A stretch of 62,358 bases of DNA, counting the filler, from Candidatus Delongbacteria bacterium (GTDB lineage: Bacteria; UBA4055), in the NCBI GenBank assembly GCA_016937995.1. It is 4 parts of 4 records of this genome, joined end to end, with 100 filler letters (N's around TTAATTAATTAA, not from the genome) between each part and the next. Parts side by side here need not be neighbours in the genome. Positions count along the whole stretch, not along the records: positions 1 to 15,476 come from JAFGVM010000004.1; positions 15,577 to 46,943 come from JAFGVM010000023.1; 2 more parts are not named here. One strand, written 5' to 3'. Each line of letters starts with the position of its first letter. The stretch's first letter is position 1. Made by a program: the position numbers and the translations under genes. A model generated the notes under the pieces. That model did not search any database and was not told the origin of the DNA. It was given only the letters and a program-made list of their open reading frames with translations. Of this stretch, positions 9,026-19,320 are shown one piece after another.

Positions 9026-10729
9026 ATGAACATTTTTGAATCATATATCACAGATAAGATCACTAATAATATTTCAGACTTATCAACAGATTTTATCGCA
9101 AATTCTTTTGAAAATCCGAAAAACTCTGACTTTGGAGATATCTCATTACCATGTTTTAAATTTTCGAAGATATTAAAAAGTTCACCTGCTCAAATAGCGG
9201 ATAATTTTATTTCAATTCTAGGTGAAAGTGAACTTTTTGAAAGTATCACCAATGTGAACGGATACCTGAACTTTAGATATTCAAAAGCAATATTTGTAAA
9301 GACTGTGGTTGATAAATTTGAGAATGACAGTTTATATACTGAAATAAGATCATTCGGTAAGAACAAAATTATGGTAATTGATTATTCTCATCCTAATGTG
9401 GCAAAGAACATGGGGATCCACAACCTGAGATCAACAATAATCGGTCAGTCTATATATAATATCTTTGAAACTCTCGGATATAAAACAGTCGGAGTGAATC
9501 ATCTCGGAGACTGGGGTACTCAGTTCGGTAAATTGATGTGGGCATTGGAAAAGTGGTCATCAATTGAAGAGGTGGAAGAAAAAGGAATACTTTTCCTGAA
9601 TGAGATCTATGTAAAATTTCACAGGAAAGCCGAAAATTCACCTTTTATGGAAGATGAAGCAAGAAAATGGTTTAAAAAGCTTGAGGATAATGATCCTGAT
9701 GCAGTAAAATGGTGGAAATTGTTTATCAAAGTTTCAATGGAGTCCTACAACACAATTTACAAAAGGCTCAACGTTTCCTTCGACCATATTACCGGAGAAT
9801 CTTACTATATCAAGTTCCTTGAAGAAACTATTGAAAAGTTAGAATCTAAACAGTTAACTGAGATCAGTGAAGGAGCTTTAGTTGTAAAATTCGAAGAAAA
9901 TGAGAATATGCCGCCATGCCTTTTGAAAAAGAGTGACGGTGCAACATTATACGGTACCCGGGATATTGCTGCTGTGATGTACAGACTAAAAAAATTTAAT
10001 CCTGACCTGATACTATATGTGACCGATATAGCACAGCAGCTGCATTTCAGACAGGTGTTCAAAGTAATAGAGCTGTTCGAACCGAAAACAAAAGGTAAAC
10101 TTGAGCATATAGTTTTCGGAAGACTGAGCTTCCCTGACTCTCAAATGTCCACAAGAAAGGGCAATATCATACCATTGAATGAAGTTCTTGATAAGGCCAG
10201 GGACAAAGTACTTGAAATTCTCAAAGAAAGAGAAGTTGAAATTGATGATATGGCTGGAACGGCGGAAAAGATCGGAATAGGAGCAGTTATATTTGATGAT
10301 CTATCCAGATCAAGAATAAAAAATGTGGAATTTAACTGGGATCAGATCTTATCATTTGAAGGTGAGACCGGACCTCATATTCAATACTCTTACGTGAGAA
10401 TGTTCAATATAATAAAAAAAGTAAAAATACCTGAAAATTCAAAGATCGATCATGATCTTCTGACCGATGAATTTTCTTATGACATTATCAAACTTCTTGA
10501 TCAGTTCAAGTCCAAATTAATTCAATCACATGACGAAAGAGAACCTTCGGTTATTGCAAATTATTTACTTGAACTTGCAAAATCTTTCAACCGATTTTAT
10601 CGTAACAATAGAATAATTGATGCTGAGAAAGATGTACAGATCACAAGGATGCTGTTATTGAATATCCTGATCGATGTATATGAAAAATGTATGACGATCC
10701 TTGGGATACCAGTTGTTGAGAAAATGTAA
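9026..10729 (+). CDS. argS: Arginine--tRNA ligase
   Basis: DYSHPNVAK-MGIHNLRS (HIGH variant), NHLGDWGTQFG, MSTRKG, FEGETGP. Start moved to ATG 9026 because the longer ORF begins inside the frr terminator. Confidence 0.96.
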   Translation: MNIFESYITDKITNNISDLSTDFIANSFENPKNSDFGDISLPCFKFSKILKSSPAQIADNFISILGESELFESITNVNGYLNFRYSKAIFVKTVVDKFENDSLYTEIRSFGKNKIMVIDYSHPNVAKNMGIHNLRSTIIGQSIYNIFETLGYKTVGVNHLGDWGTQFGKLMWALEKWSSIEEVEEKGILFLNEIYVKFHRKAENSPFMEDEARKWFKKLEDNDPDAVKWWKLFIKVSMESYNTIYKRLNVSFDHITGESYYIKFLEETIEKLESKQLTEISEGALVVKFEENENMPPCLLKKSDGATLYGTRDIAAVMYRLKKFNPDLILYVTDIAQQLHFRQVFKVIELFEPKTKGKLEHIVFGRLSFPDSQMSTRKGNIIPLNEVLDKARDKVLEILKEREVEIDDMAGTAEKIGIGAVIFDDLSRSRIKNVEFNWDQILSFEGETGPHIQYSYVRMFNIIKKVKIPENSKIDHDLLTDEFSYDIIKLLDQFKSKLIQSHDEREPSVIANYLLELAKSFNRFYRNNRIIDAEKDVQITRMLLLNILIDVYEKCMTILGIPVVEKM

Positions 10730-10754
10730 ATAATCTAATCGTTCGGATAATACT

Positions 10755-13700
10755 ATGGAATTCACAAACGTAGACAATAAGTATAAAGTAATTCAAAAAC
10801 TCGGTAAAGGCGGAACAAGTACTGTTTACCTTGTTGAAGATTATAATGGTCAAAAATTAGCTTTAAAATTGCTTAATCGTCACTCTACACAGAAAAAGAT
10901 ACAGAGACTGAAAAATGAATTCAGACTGATGTGTGCCTTAAACCATAGGAACATAGCTAAAGTTTATGATTTCGGTTATGATTCAGACCTTGGGAACTAT
11001 TATTTTACACTTGAATATATTCCGGACGGAAATTATCTGACCTTCAATAAGAAACATGATAACAAGGATATGATACTTGATACTTTTTATCAACTGTTAA
11101 GCGGTTTAAGTTATCTACATTCCAACAACTTTATTCACTATGATATTTCTCCGAATAACGTCCTTGTAAAAAAAGAGGATGATGGTTACGTTGTAAAGAT
11201 CACTGACTTTGGTCTTACGACACAATTTGACAAACCGAATTACAGTTTTGCCGGTACATTGAACTATATGTCTCCGGAAATGATAAAGAACATAGACAGT
11301 ATAGATGGAAGAAGTGATCTTTTCTCTGCCGGTTTGATACTGGTCAACTTACTAAACAATGAAAATATTTATACACCTTCTTCAACCATTTACGAGTATC
11401 TGGACAAAAGAATAAAATTCGACGAGAGCATAATACTTGAAAAGATAAAGAAATTAGAAGATCATGATTTTAAAAAATTCTTGCTTAAACTATTGGATGT
11501 CGAACCTCTCGCAAGATATAAGGATGCGAACGAGGCTATAAATGCAATGAATGAAATTTTTAAGAAAGAGTTTGACATACTTACATCCTCAGTAAAAAAA
11601 TCTGGTTTTTCTGATACAACCGTTTTCAGAGAACAGGAGTTCAGCAAGATTTTATCTGCTTTCAATTCTTCAAAACAAGTCGGAGGAAAACAGAACTACA
11701 TTGTAATATCAGGAGAATCAGGATCAGGTAAAAAAAGACTTATCGATGAATTCAAGATCCATTGTCAGCTGACTAATCATGCTTTCTATATGATAAATTT
11801 CTCTAAGCAGTCCGCTCATGATTTAACCAGTCCCCTTAAAGAGCTGGTCATTTCTGTGTCTCAGCTTATGGTCAATCACGAAACCAACACAAAAATACTT
11901 AACCGGGTTTTCAATGAGATCAGTATGATCAAACCTGATGAGTACGATTCTCTGTTGGAGGGATTCAATTCATTCCTAAAGGCTATTTCACCTGAGAAAA
12001 AAATAATTCTGGCTGTTAATAACATTGAGTATGCGGACAGAGGAACATTAGAATTTTTAGATCTGATAATTAAAAATTTTTATACAAACATTCATGGCTT
12101 CTTTATTTTCACATTCAATCCAAGAAGAAAAAGTAAATTTCCAAAATTACTGCATGATATTACCGCAAACAGCAATTCTCATCTTGTACCGATCTCTCTA
12201 ACAAATTTAAGTATCGATCAGATAAAAAAGATCGTCAATACCTACTTCAATAATCTTCAGGATGTACCTAACTTTTTCTATTCCAAGCTTCAAAATCTGA
12301 TCGGAAGTAAGATCCAGAGACTGATCGATATTTTAAAGATGCTTTACAGTAACAATATAATTATTAAAACATTCAGCGGCTATACGTTCACTGCGGATAA
12401 TAATTTTGATAAACTGATAAATGAATTCATCAGTAATGAAATTTCGTATGAAAAAAGAAACCTTACACCGCAACAATTATCTATTCTGAAAACTTTGGCT
12501 GTATCTCTTGTAAAATTGACCGTTAATGATATTGCGGAGATCACGCATTTGAGTACCGCGACTGTAAGAGGGATACTTAACGAACTTTACGAGGATTTTT
12601 TCATTAAATGTGAAGGTGAGAATAATGAGTACTTCACTATTACTGAAGATCACCTTAAGAGGAACATAATAAAAAGATCAACTGCTGATGAGATAAAGTT
12701 CTACCACAGAAGTATATCCTCTATAGTTCTTGCCGATGTTCATGATGACAATACCCCTATGAGAATTTCACGTTTTGTTCATAATTTAGCCGGACATAAA
12801 GATGATAATGTTGATTATTTATCAAAGATCCATGTTGTGAAGAACGGTCTGTTAAAATCAATGGATATCCCGAATCTGGTAACAATGTATGAGACTCTAA
12901 TATACAAAGTAAGCTTACCTCCAAAAGTAAGGGTAAAACTTCTGTTTGAAATAATTTATCTGACATTTAAACATCTTGTACCTGAAAGTAACCAAAATTT
13001 TATAATTGAATTTTATGAAGTGATCGAGATGAACAAATTCAAGAAGATATTTGAATTTGAACAGGACGTAATTGAAATTATAAACCTTAACTATGCAGAC
13101 AATTTTGATAAAGCGATCGAGCTTGTCGAAAAGATCAAACCGCTGCTCTGTGATAAGGAGAAAGAAAATATTATTCTTGATGCAATGGTATATGTAATGC
13201 ATCAGGCATATAACCATCTAAGACAGTATAATTATCTGGATGAACTTCTTGAGTATACAAAAGATAACAAACGTCTTGAGAACGTTAATAAATACCTCCA
13301 GATGTATCACCTGTACAATAGAGAAGCCGATAGTTTTAATCAGCCTCATCCTGAACTTGGGAAAAAATTAACTGAGCAGTTTGAATCTCTGAAAAATTCT
13401 ACTGATAAAGCTTATGCTGCACGAGCATATCTTATAATGTGCTTTTACTGCGAAAAACAGGATTATTCTGAGAAGATCGAAAAATTCTATGAAAAATCTT
13501 TTGAATTTTTTGAAGAGAACAGATTCCCGATTTTTATTTTTCTTTCAAGAAATGGATATGCTTCTTATTTACAGAAACACAAGATGCTCCGAAAAGCCGT
13601 TACCGAGATCAATAAAGCATTTGCATTTGATGCAAACTACAGCTTTTTATTCAGTATAATTGACCTTATCGAACTTCGCTCGTCTATAAGGATAAAGCTA

Positions 13701-14507
13701 GAGGACCCTGTTCAGGAGATCATCAATAATCTCTTAATGCTTTTAAACATAAGGACCGGATCGATCAAAAGTATGCAGACCGTTTATGAAAAAATTATAC
13801 AGCTTTATCATGAAGCAGGAAAATTTAATGATAAAATGGAATATCTGACAAGTTATATAATAAATCTGAACGATCATAAGCATACAGATATTCACAGTCT
13901 TACTTACTATATAAAATCTCTGCTTAAAAACAATACTGTTAACGAGATATTTGACTATACAAAGCAGTATTTCAGTGAGATGAATATCAGTGAAGATAAG
14001 TTCCTGGATATGATCTATGATATTAAGGCTGAAATACAGCAGTCTGATGAGACTAAATATACCGAATTAAATAATGAATTCCTGATAGAATTTATTAATG
14101 ATATGTCGAATGATAAAAAACCTAAGATCGATCAGCTTTATACTTTTATGGAAGAATACGATAAAGATACAATGATCTACAAACGTGCAAGTATGATATC
14201 AGCTTTGTACAACAATAAAAATTATGTTGATATTATAAATGATCTTCTGAAGGATCTTACTCTTTTATACGGTAAAGGGTATTCAAATATTGCTCAGTTT
14301 ATGGCTATTGCACTGGCTAAATTCACGTTCTTCCAGAAACAGGATAATAACTCATTCCTTTCATTTACGAAATTAGCTTTGAAGATCAATGGGGAGATAT
14401 TTGTTAATTCTCCTGAGAACATCAAAACATCTATCATGCATGATGAAGATCTAAAATTACTTAAAGATATTATATCCAATTTGAAGAAACGGTATGCAAA
14501 AACATAG
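10755..14507 (+). CDS. Ser/Thr protein kinase fused to AAA/STAND-like NTPase and helical C-terminal region
   Basis: LGKGGTSTVY, ALK, HYDISPNN, DFG, GTLNYMSPE; P-loop GESGSGKK at about aa 320. Confidence 0.85.
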   Translation: MEFTNVDNKYKVIQKLGKGGTSTVYLVEDYNGQKLALKLLNRHSTQKKIQRLKNEFRLMCALNHRNIAKVYDFGYDSDLGNYYFTLEYIPDGNYLTFNKKHDNKDMILDTFYQLLSGLSYLHSNNFIHYDISPNNVLVKKEDDGYVVKITDFGLTTQFDKPNYSFAGTLNYMSPEMIKNIDSIDGRSDLFSAGLILVNLLNNENIYTPSSTIYEYLDKRIKFDESIILEKIKKLEDHDFKKFLLKLLDVEPLARYKDANEAINAMNEIFKKEFDILTSSVKKSGFSDTTVFREQEFSKILSAFNSSKQVGGKQNYIVISGESGSGKKRLIDEFKIHCQLTNHAFYMINFSKQSAHDLTSPLKELVISVSQLMVNHETNTKILNRVFNEISMIKPDEYDSLLEGFNSFLKAISPEKKIILAVNNIEYADRGTLEFLDLIIKNFYTNIHGFFIFTFNPRRKSKFPKLLHDITANSNSHLVPISLTNLSIDQIKKIVNTYFNNLQDVPNFFYSKLQNLIGSKIQRLIDILKMLYSNNIIIKTFSGYTFTADNNFDKLINEFISNEISYEKRNLTPQQLSILKTLAVSLVKLTVNDIAEITHLSTATVRGILNELYEDFFIKCEGENNEYFTITEDHLKRNIIKRSTADEIKFYHRSISSIVLADVHDDNTPMRISRFVHNLAGHKDDNVDYLSKIHVVKNGLLKSMDIPNLVTMYETLIYKVSLPPKVRVKLLFEIIYLTFKHLVPESNQNFIIEFYEVIEMNKFKKIFEFEQDVIEIINLNYADNFDKAIELVEKIKPLLCDKEKENIILDAMVYVMHQAYNHLRQYNYLDELLEYTKDNKRLENVNKYLQMYHLYNREADSFNQPHPELGKKLTEQFESLKNSTDKAYAARAYLIMCFYCEKQDYSEKIEKFYEKSFEFFEENRFPIFIFLSRNGYASYLQKHKMLRKAVTEINKAFAFDANYSFLFSIIDLIELRSSIRIKLEDPVQEIINNLLMLLNIRTGSIKSMQTVYEKIIQLYHEAGKFNDKMEYLTSYIINLNDHKHTDIHSLTYYIKSLLKNNTVNEIFDYTKQYFSEMNISEDKFLDMIYDIKAEIQQSDETKYTELNNEFLIEFINDMSNDKKPKIDQLYTFMEEYDKDTMIYKRASMISALYNNKNYVDIINDLLKDLTLLYGKGYSNIAQFMAIALAKFTFFQKQDNNSFLSFTKLALKINGEIFVNSPENIKTSIMHDEDLKLLKDIISNLKKRYAKT

Positions 14508-14946
14508 AAGTATCGATACGATAATTATTCATTGCAGTGCCACGGAATTCGGTAACAGATCCCTCTTTAAACGATGGCATAAAAAACTTGGATGGGATGA
14601 TGTCGGATATCATTTTATTATCCTGAACAGTTATCCTTTGAAAAAACAATGGTATGAAAAGAAACCAGACTTTAACTCTGACGGAAAGGTAGAAAAAGGA
14701 AGACCGGTTCAATTGATAGGTGCTCATACACGACTTCATAACGATAATTCTATAGGAATTTGTCTTGTCGGAGATAGAACTTTTACTTCAAAACAATTTA
14801 CATCTCTTAAGAAACTTGTAAATAAACTTAAGAAGCAATTTAAAATAAAGACCATCAAAGGTCATTATGAGTTTGATACCGGTCAGGAACAGGGAAAGAC
14901 CTGTCCTAACATTGATATGGACTGGTTAAGAAATTTACTTAAATAA
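14494..14946 (+). CDS. N-acetylmuramoyl-L-alanine amidase (Amidase_2, T7 lysozyme-like)
   Basis: IIIHCSAT, GW.DVGYHF, GAH...HN..SIGICLVG, GH.E...KTCP zinc ligands. Confidence 0.93.
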   Translation: MQKHRSIDTIIIHCSATEFGNRSLFKRWHKKLGWDDVGYHFIILNSYPLKKQWYEKKPDFNSDGKVEKGRPVQLIGAHTRLHNDNSIGICLVGDRTFTSKQFTSLKKLVNKLKKQFKIKTIKGHYEFDTGQEQGKTCPNIDMDWLRNLLK

Positions 14947-14947
14947 A

Positions 14948-14971
14948 AAAAGGCTGAATTATCAGCCTTTT
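14948..14971. terminator. Bidirectional terminator
   Basis: AAAAGGCTGA-atta-TCAGCCTTTT between convergent genes. Confidence 0.85.
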
Positions 14972-14996
14972 AATTTTATTTCTACTTAGATAATTC

Positions 14997-15476
14997 CTAA
15001 TAAACAGCCTTCACAAAATAGAATTTCTTTTTAACTCCGGGTGAATAATCGATCCAGTCAACCCACGCAGCTTTTGCAGGATTATTGATCTGTGAACCTT
15101 CATAGTTCCAAGTAGCAAGATCAGCATAAGGATCGGTAGAAGAGTAAATGTCGTAATGATCCGCGTCATTGATCGCTATCCACTGGATCAGAACATCGGT
15201 TCCGTTATTAGTGATGGAAGCAATTTCAGGAGCTGCATAAACAGGTTCTCTGAAAATAATACTCCTTGAAGGTCCTTCACCGGTCTCGCAGTAGTATGTT
15301 CCGAAATAAACGGAGTCGATCTGAACACTGTTGAAATACATCTCCTGAGATGACTCGTCTGATACTTCAGCCAGATCTAGTGCTTGTGCGTCTTTGTACC
15401 ACTGGAAAGGAGATGTGCCGAGTTCTGAAAGAAGATAAAAATAAGTCGTATTGATCGGAGATAAAATATTCACATA
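14997..15476 (-). CDS. C-terminal fragment of a surface protein with Ig/Fn3-like domains (5' end lost at contig break)
   Basis: Frame open to the gap; FQWYKD...YYC Ig-like segment, then W...DADHYDIYSS.DPY...KFYFVKA. Confidence 0.6.
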   Translation of the reverse strand, partial: YVNILSPINTTYFYLLSELGTSPFQWYKDAQALDLAEVSDESSQEMYFNSVQIDSVYFGTYYCETGEGPSRSIIFREPVYAAPEIASITNNGTDVLIQWIAINDADHYDIYSSTDPYADLATWNYEGSQINNPAKAAWVDWIDYSPGVKKKFYFVKAVY

Positions 15477-15576
15477 NNNNNNNNNNNNNNNNNNNNNNNN
15501 NNNNNNNNNNNNNNNNNNNNTTAATTAATTAANNNNNNNNNNNNNNNNNNNNNNNNNNNNNNNNNNNNNNNNNNNN
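15477..15576. other. Artificial contig linker
   Basis: N44-TTAATTAATTAA-N44 (stops in all six frames). Confidence 0.98.
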
Positions 15577-15926
15577 TCATTGATCTCCATCTGATATCCA
15601 AAAAGCTCTTCATCATTTTCACCTATCAGATTACTATAAACTATCTCCTGAACCTCTTTTATCGGTTTTTCATCATCAAAAATTGCAAGAATATGAACTT
15701 CTTCTCTGGAATTTACTTCCATACCATAAAGAACACTCAGATCAATATTTTTCCCTGCTAAATTTGCGATACGGGTATTTTCTGATGAATTATGATCACA
15801 GATACATATAGCATCTAAACCAACTGACCTGGCTTGTTCAACTATAGCATTAGGTGTCATTTGTATATCACCGCATGGAGAAAGACATGTGTGAATATGA
15901 AAATCTGCTTTTATTTTTTTGAGCAT
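15577..15926 (-). CDS. PHP-domain phosphoesterase (3' end lost at contig break)
   Basis: ADFHIHTCLSPC, ICDHN, GMEV.SREEVHIL. Confidence 0.9.
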
Positions 15927-15942
15927 TTAATAAACCCGAATG

Positions 15943-16281
15943 TTAGCTGTTCCCGTGTATGCCCAATTCATATAATTTACCGACCAGTTCAAAAGTTTGA
16001 AGTTCAGTAGATAATATGGTAATGTTCTCTTCTATTGCTTTTTGGAGAGTAGTATCTTCGGGTTGTCTGTTATTTATGAGAATAATTGCCGACAGTCCCT
16101 TTAAATTTGCAACGGCTACAATATTTATATGGGTTTGGAGTGTTATCCAGATATTATCTTCTTCAGCATTTGCTATAACATCACTGAGTAGATCACTTGA
16201 ATAACCACCACTTACTTCTTTATCCAGTTCTCCGGAAATAACCTTTAAATTAATCTTTTCAACAACTTCTTTTAAGTTCAT
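15943..16281 (-). CDS. DRTGG-domain protein (HPr kinase N-terminal-like)
   Basis: GGYSSDLLSDVIA, WITLQTHINIVAVA. Confidence 0.85.
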   Translation of the reverse strand: MNLKEVVEKINLKVISGELDKEVSGGYSSDLLSDVIANAEEDNIWITLQTHINIVAVANLKGLSAIILINNRQPEDTTLQKAIEENITILSTELQTFELVGKLYELGIHGNS

Positions 16282-16305
16282 TACGCCTATCCTATGTTTT
16301 TAGTT

Positions 16306-17226
16306 TTATTCATTAAGGTAAAAAACAAGATTCAGGGTAGTTCCTTTACCGACTACAGAATTCACTGTCATCTCATCACTGAACTTCTTCATGTTCGGAA
16401 GTCCCATTCCAGCACCAAAACCCAGTTCTCTTACCCATCCGGGAGCGTTCGAATAACCCGGTGTCATTGCTTTATCAACATCTTCTATACCTGGTCCTTT
16501 ATCCTCAAGGTTTACAGTTATTTTATCTGAATATACTCTTGCTGTAATTACACCTTTTTCAGTGTAGGAAACTATATTGATCTCAGCCTCATATGTTGAA
16601 ATTGTTACCCTACGTGTAATACTTGAAGACAGTCCGAGCTTTTTTAATGATTTTTTTAATCTTGTAGATGCATTTCCGGCTTTTTCGAAATTTCCTCCTT
16701 CAACATCATACTTCAGTTCTATACATATTTTATCGGCAATTAGGTCATTGATCAAACTTCTTGTGGAAAATTTATTTAAATGTTTATCATCGTACGCTAT
16801 TTCTAATTTTTTTAAGATCCCCTTTATCGTATCGATCTTGGAAACCATTCCAACTATCTTACCATTTTCTCTTTCAAGTACAGGAAAACGGGTAAAATGA
16901 TATTTGTCAAAATTTCTTACTGCATTTATTAAAGGCTCATCCGAAAATATTGTGATGACATTCTTTGTCATAACATTTCCAACGATCTCATCTAAATTGC
17001 CGTTTTCCATGCACTCAACATAATCTTCAATACTTATTATGCCCACAAGTTGACCATTATCTGCAACTGGGACGCCTAAAATCCTTTTTTTTCTCAGGAT
17101 CTCTCTTAAAGATTTCATTGATGTTGAGGATTCTATGGTAATAAAATTAACATCCATTGCATCCTTGACCCTCAATTCATATGTCAATTCCTGGGTCTTA
17201 CTTGTATCTTTTGTTGGATTATCCAT
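16306..17226 (-). CDS. CBS-pair plus anti-sigma-factor-type Ser/Thr kinase (HATPase_c, RsbT-like)
   Basis: Two CBS repeats, then YEAEINIV, D.GPGI.DVDKAM.PGYS, GFGAGMGLPNM. Confidence 0.88.
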   Translation of the reverse strand: MDNPTKDTSKTQELTYELRVKDAMDVNFITIESSTSMKSLREILRKKRILGVPVADNGQLVGIISIEDYVECMENGNLDEIVGNVMTKNVITIFSDEPLINAVRNFDKYHFTRFPVLERENGKIVGMVSKIDTIKGILKKLEIAYDDKHLNKFSTRSLINDLIADKICIELKYDVEGGNFEKAGNASTRLKKSLKKLGLSSSITRRVTISTYEAEINIVSYTEKGVITARVYSDKITVNLEDKGPGIEDVDKAMTPGYSNAPGWVRELGFGAGMGLPNMKKFSDEMTVNSVVGKGTTLNLVFYLNE

Positions 17227-17228
17227 TT

Positions 17229-17591
17229 CTACTCTTCAAAAGTTAAATAACTGCAACCTTCAAGACCAATGCTATATAATTTCCCGCAACTTACGAACAT
17301 TGTGAGCTTCGTTGAAAGAACAATTATATCATCCCTTTCAGCTAATTTGATTATCATTTCATTGGGAATTTTACTCTGAACAAAACAAACCACTTTAATA
17401 TCTGCAACATTTGCAGTGTTTATTGCCTGAATGTTGTTTAAGCTCGTTAATAGAATTGAATCGGGTTTTCCAAAAGCTAGAATATCACTCATCAGGTCAG
17501 ATGAACATCCCAAAGCTATTTCCATTTCCGGATCATAATTATCCGTAAGCACGTCAGCTTCAAGTACCTCTTTTATTTCTTTCAGTTTCAT
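17229..17591 (-). CDS. DRTGG-domain protein
   Basis: SSDLMSDILAF, LLTSL.N.QAI.TA, MFVSCGKLY. Confidence 0.85.
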   Translation of the reverse strand: MKLKEIKEVLEADVLTDNYDPEMEIALGCSSDLMSDILAFGKPDSILLTSLNNIQAINTANVADIKVVCFVQSKIPNEMIIKLAERDDIIVLSTKLTMFVSCGKLYSIGLEGCSYLTFEE

Positions 17592-17719
17592 TTTAAATCA
17601 CCCGGAGTAGTTATACTTAATTTATTTTATTCAATTTGAATGTCTTCTTATTTTATCCATAACTGACATCATTCGTAATCCCAAATTCAACATTTATTAT
17701 CAATCTCTTGACTGAACTA

Positions 17720-17826
17720 TTGTGATATTTTTAACGATTTTCTAAATTAAATAATAAATTGCTTTTTTGCAATAGTAATTTATTTTAAGTATTCAGTTTT
17801 GATATATTTTGTGTTAATATTCTCAA
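17720..17826. promoter_or_regulatory. Two candidate Rex-like operators
   Basis: TTGTGATATTTTTAACGA (17720-17737) and TTGTGTTAATATTCTCAA (17809-17826) versus consensus TTGTGAA-N4-TTCACAA. Confidence 0.4.
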
Positions 17827-17955
17827 ATATCATATCCTATTCACAATTCATTCCTCATTATTTACCATTCATCCATTTCAAATTGACTTTCAACTTAAGA
17901 ATCGATAAATTAAATTTTTTGACATAATGAATATTATTTTAATTAAGGAGAGAAA

Positions 17956-19320
17956 ATGTTTAACAGACTTAACGAGCTTATCAGTAAAGTAAATGCTGAT
18001 TATGCTGATCTCAGGTACGAAAAAAAGATCGTAACCTCTATCTCTTTCAGAACAAGAGAGATAGATAACCTTAGTAAAAATTCAACAGACGGATTTGTTT
18101 TAAGGGTTCTAAAAAACGGTGGTTTTGCCACTGTAGCATTTAATAACATTGATGATGCTGATTTTGCTATCAACAACGCAGTAACAAATGCAGAACTTTA
18201 CTCTGAGAAAACAACCAAAAAAGTTAAGTTTGCACCTGCTCCAGTTGTCAAGGATGAGTTTATACCAGAACAGATAGAAGATCCGAGAAATATTTCGTTT
18301 GAGGAAAAACTTGAACTAATGAAGAAATACAATGAGATACTTCTTAAACCTGAAAAAGTTATCGCCACAGATCTTGGTTACGCTGAACTTTTCAGAGATA
18401 AGTGGTTCGTTAACACTGAAGGATCTGAGATACACGAAGAATTACTTACAACTAGACTCGGCGGATCAATAACAAGCAGTTATGGTAGTCAAAACCAGGA
18501 TCTTCGAATAAAAGCCGGTGGGTCTAACGGATTCCAAAATGTAAGGAACCTTGAGAAATATATGGAAGGACGGGCTAAACTTGTTGTAGAACTTCTTGAT
18601 GCTGAATCAGTGAAAGGAGGTACCTATGACTGTATTATTGATCCTACATTGACAGGTGTTTTCACTCATGAGGCTTTCGGACATTTTTCTGAGGCTGATA
18701 TTACTGAAAACAGTCCTTCTCTGAGAGAAAAAATGAAGATCGGGACAAAGCTTGGAAACGGTATTGTGAATATTACTGATAATGCTACTATTCCAAACCA
18801 GCTTGGACATTATAAATATGATGATGAGGGTGTCGCAGTTAGAAAGACCGTTCTGATGAAAAACGGAGTCCTTACCGGAAGGCTTCATTCAAGAAAAACA
18901 GCACACGAATTTGGAGAACCGATATCCGGACATATGATCGCTGAAGATTATAGATATGCACCTATTGTAAGAATGGGGACAATATTTATTGAGCCTACCG
19001 AGAATACAAAAGATGAATTATTCAAAACTTTGGGTAATGGTCTTTATCTTTGTGAAGGTAAAGGTGGTCAGACAATGGGAGAAAACTTTACTTTCGGAGC
19101 TTCATACGGTTACATAGTTGAGAATGGTAAGATCAAAAAAATGGTTAAGGATCTTAATATATCAGGTAATCTATACAATACACTGGCAGACATTTCAATG
19201 ATCGGAAGTGATTTCGAACTGTCTAAAGTTGGAGGCTGCGGAAAAGGCCAGACGAACCTTAGATCATGCTACGGAGGTCCGCATATTCTAATTAAAAATC
19301 TTGTTGTGGGAGGTAAATAA
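17956..19320 (+). CDS. tldD: TldD family metalloprotease
   Basis: HEAFGHFSEAD, YDDEGV, GGCGKG, GGPHI. Confidence 0.92.
   Translation: MFNRLNELISKVNADYADLRYEKKIVTSISFRTREIDNLSKNSTDGFVLRVLKNGGFATVAFNNIDDADFAINNAVTNAELYSEKTTKKVKFAPAPVVKDEFIPEQIEDPRNISFEEKLELMKKYNEILLKPEKVIATDLGYAELFRDKWFVNTEGSEIHEELLTTRLGGSITSSYGSQNQDLRIKAGGSNGFQNVRNLEKYMEGRAKLVVELLDAESVKGGTYDCIIDPTLTGVFTHEAFGHFSEADITENSPSLREKMKIGTKLGNGIVNITDNATIPNQLGHYKYDDEGVAVRKTVLMKNGVLTGRLHSRKTAHEFGEPISGHMIAEDYRYAPIVRMGTIFIEPTENTKDELFKTLGNGLYLCEGKGGQTMGENFTFGASYGYIVENGKIKKMVKDLNISGNLYNTLADISMIGSDFELSKVGGCGKGQTNLRSCYGGPHILIKNLVVGGK

Noticed and set aside
14494-14946. Prophage suggested by the endolysin-like amidase
   Set aside because: No integrase, holin or structural phage genes nearby.
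15477-15576. TTAATTAATTAA palindrome within N-runs, three times
   Set aside because: Standard artificial six-frame-stop contig linker, not biological.
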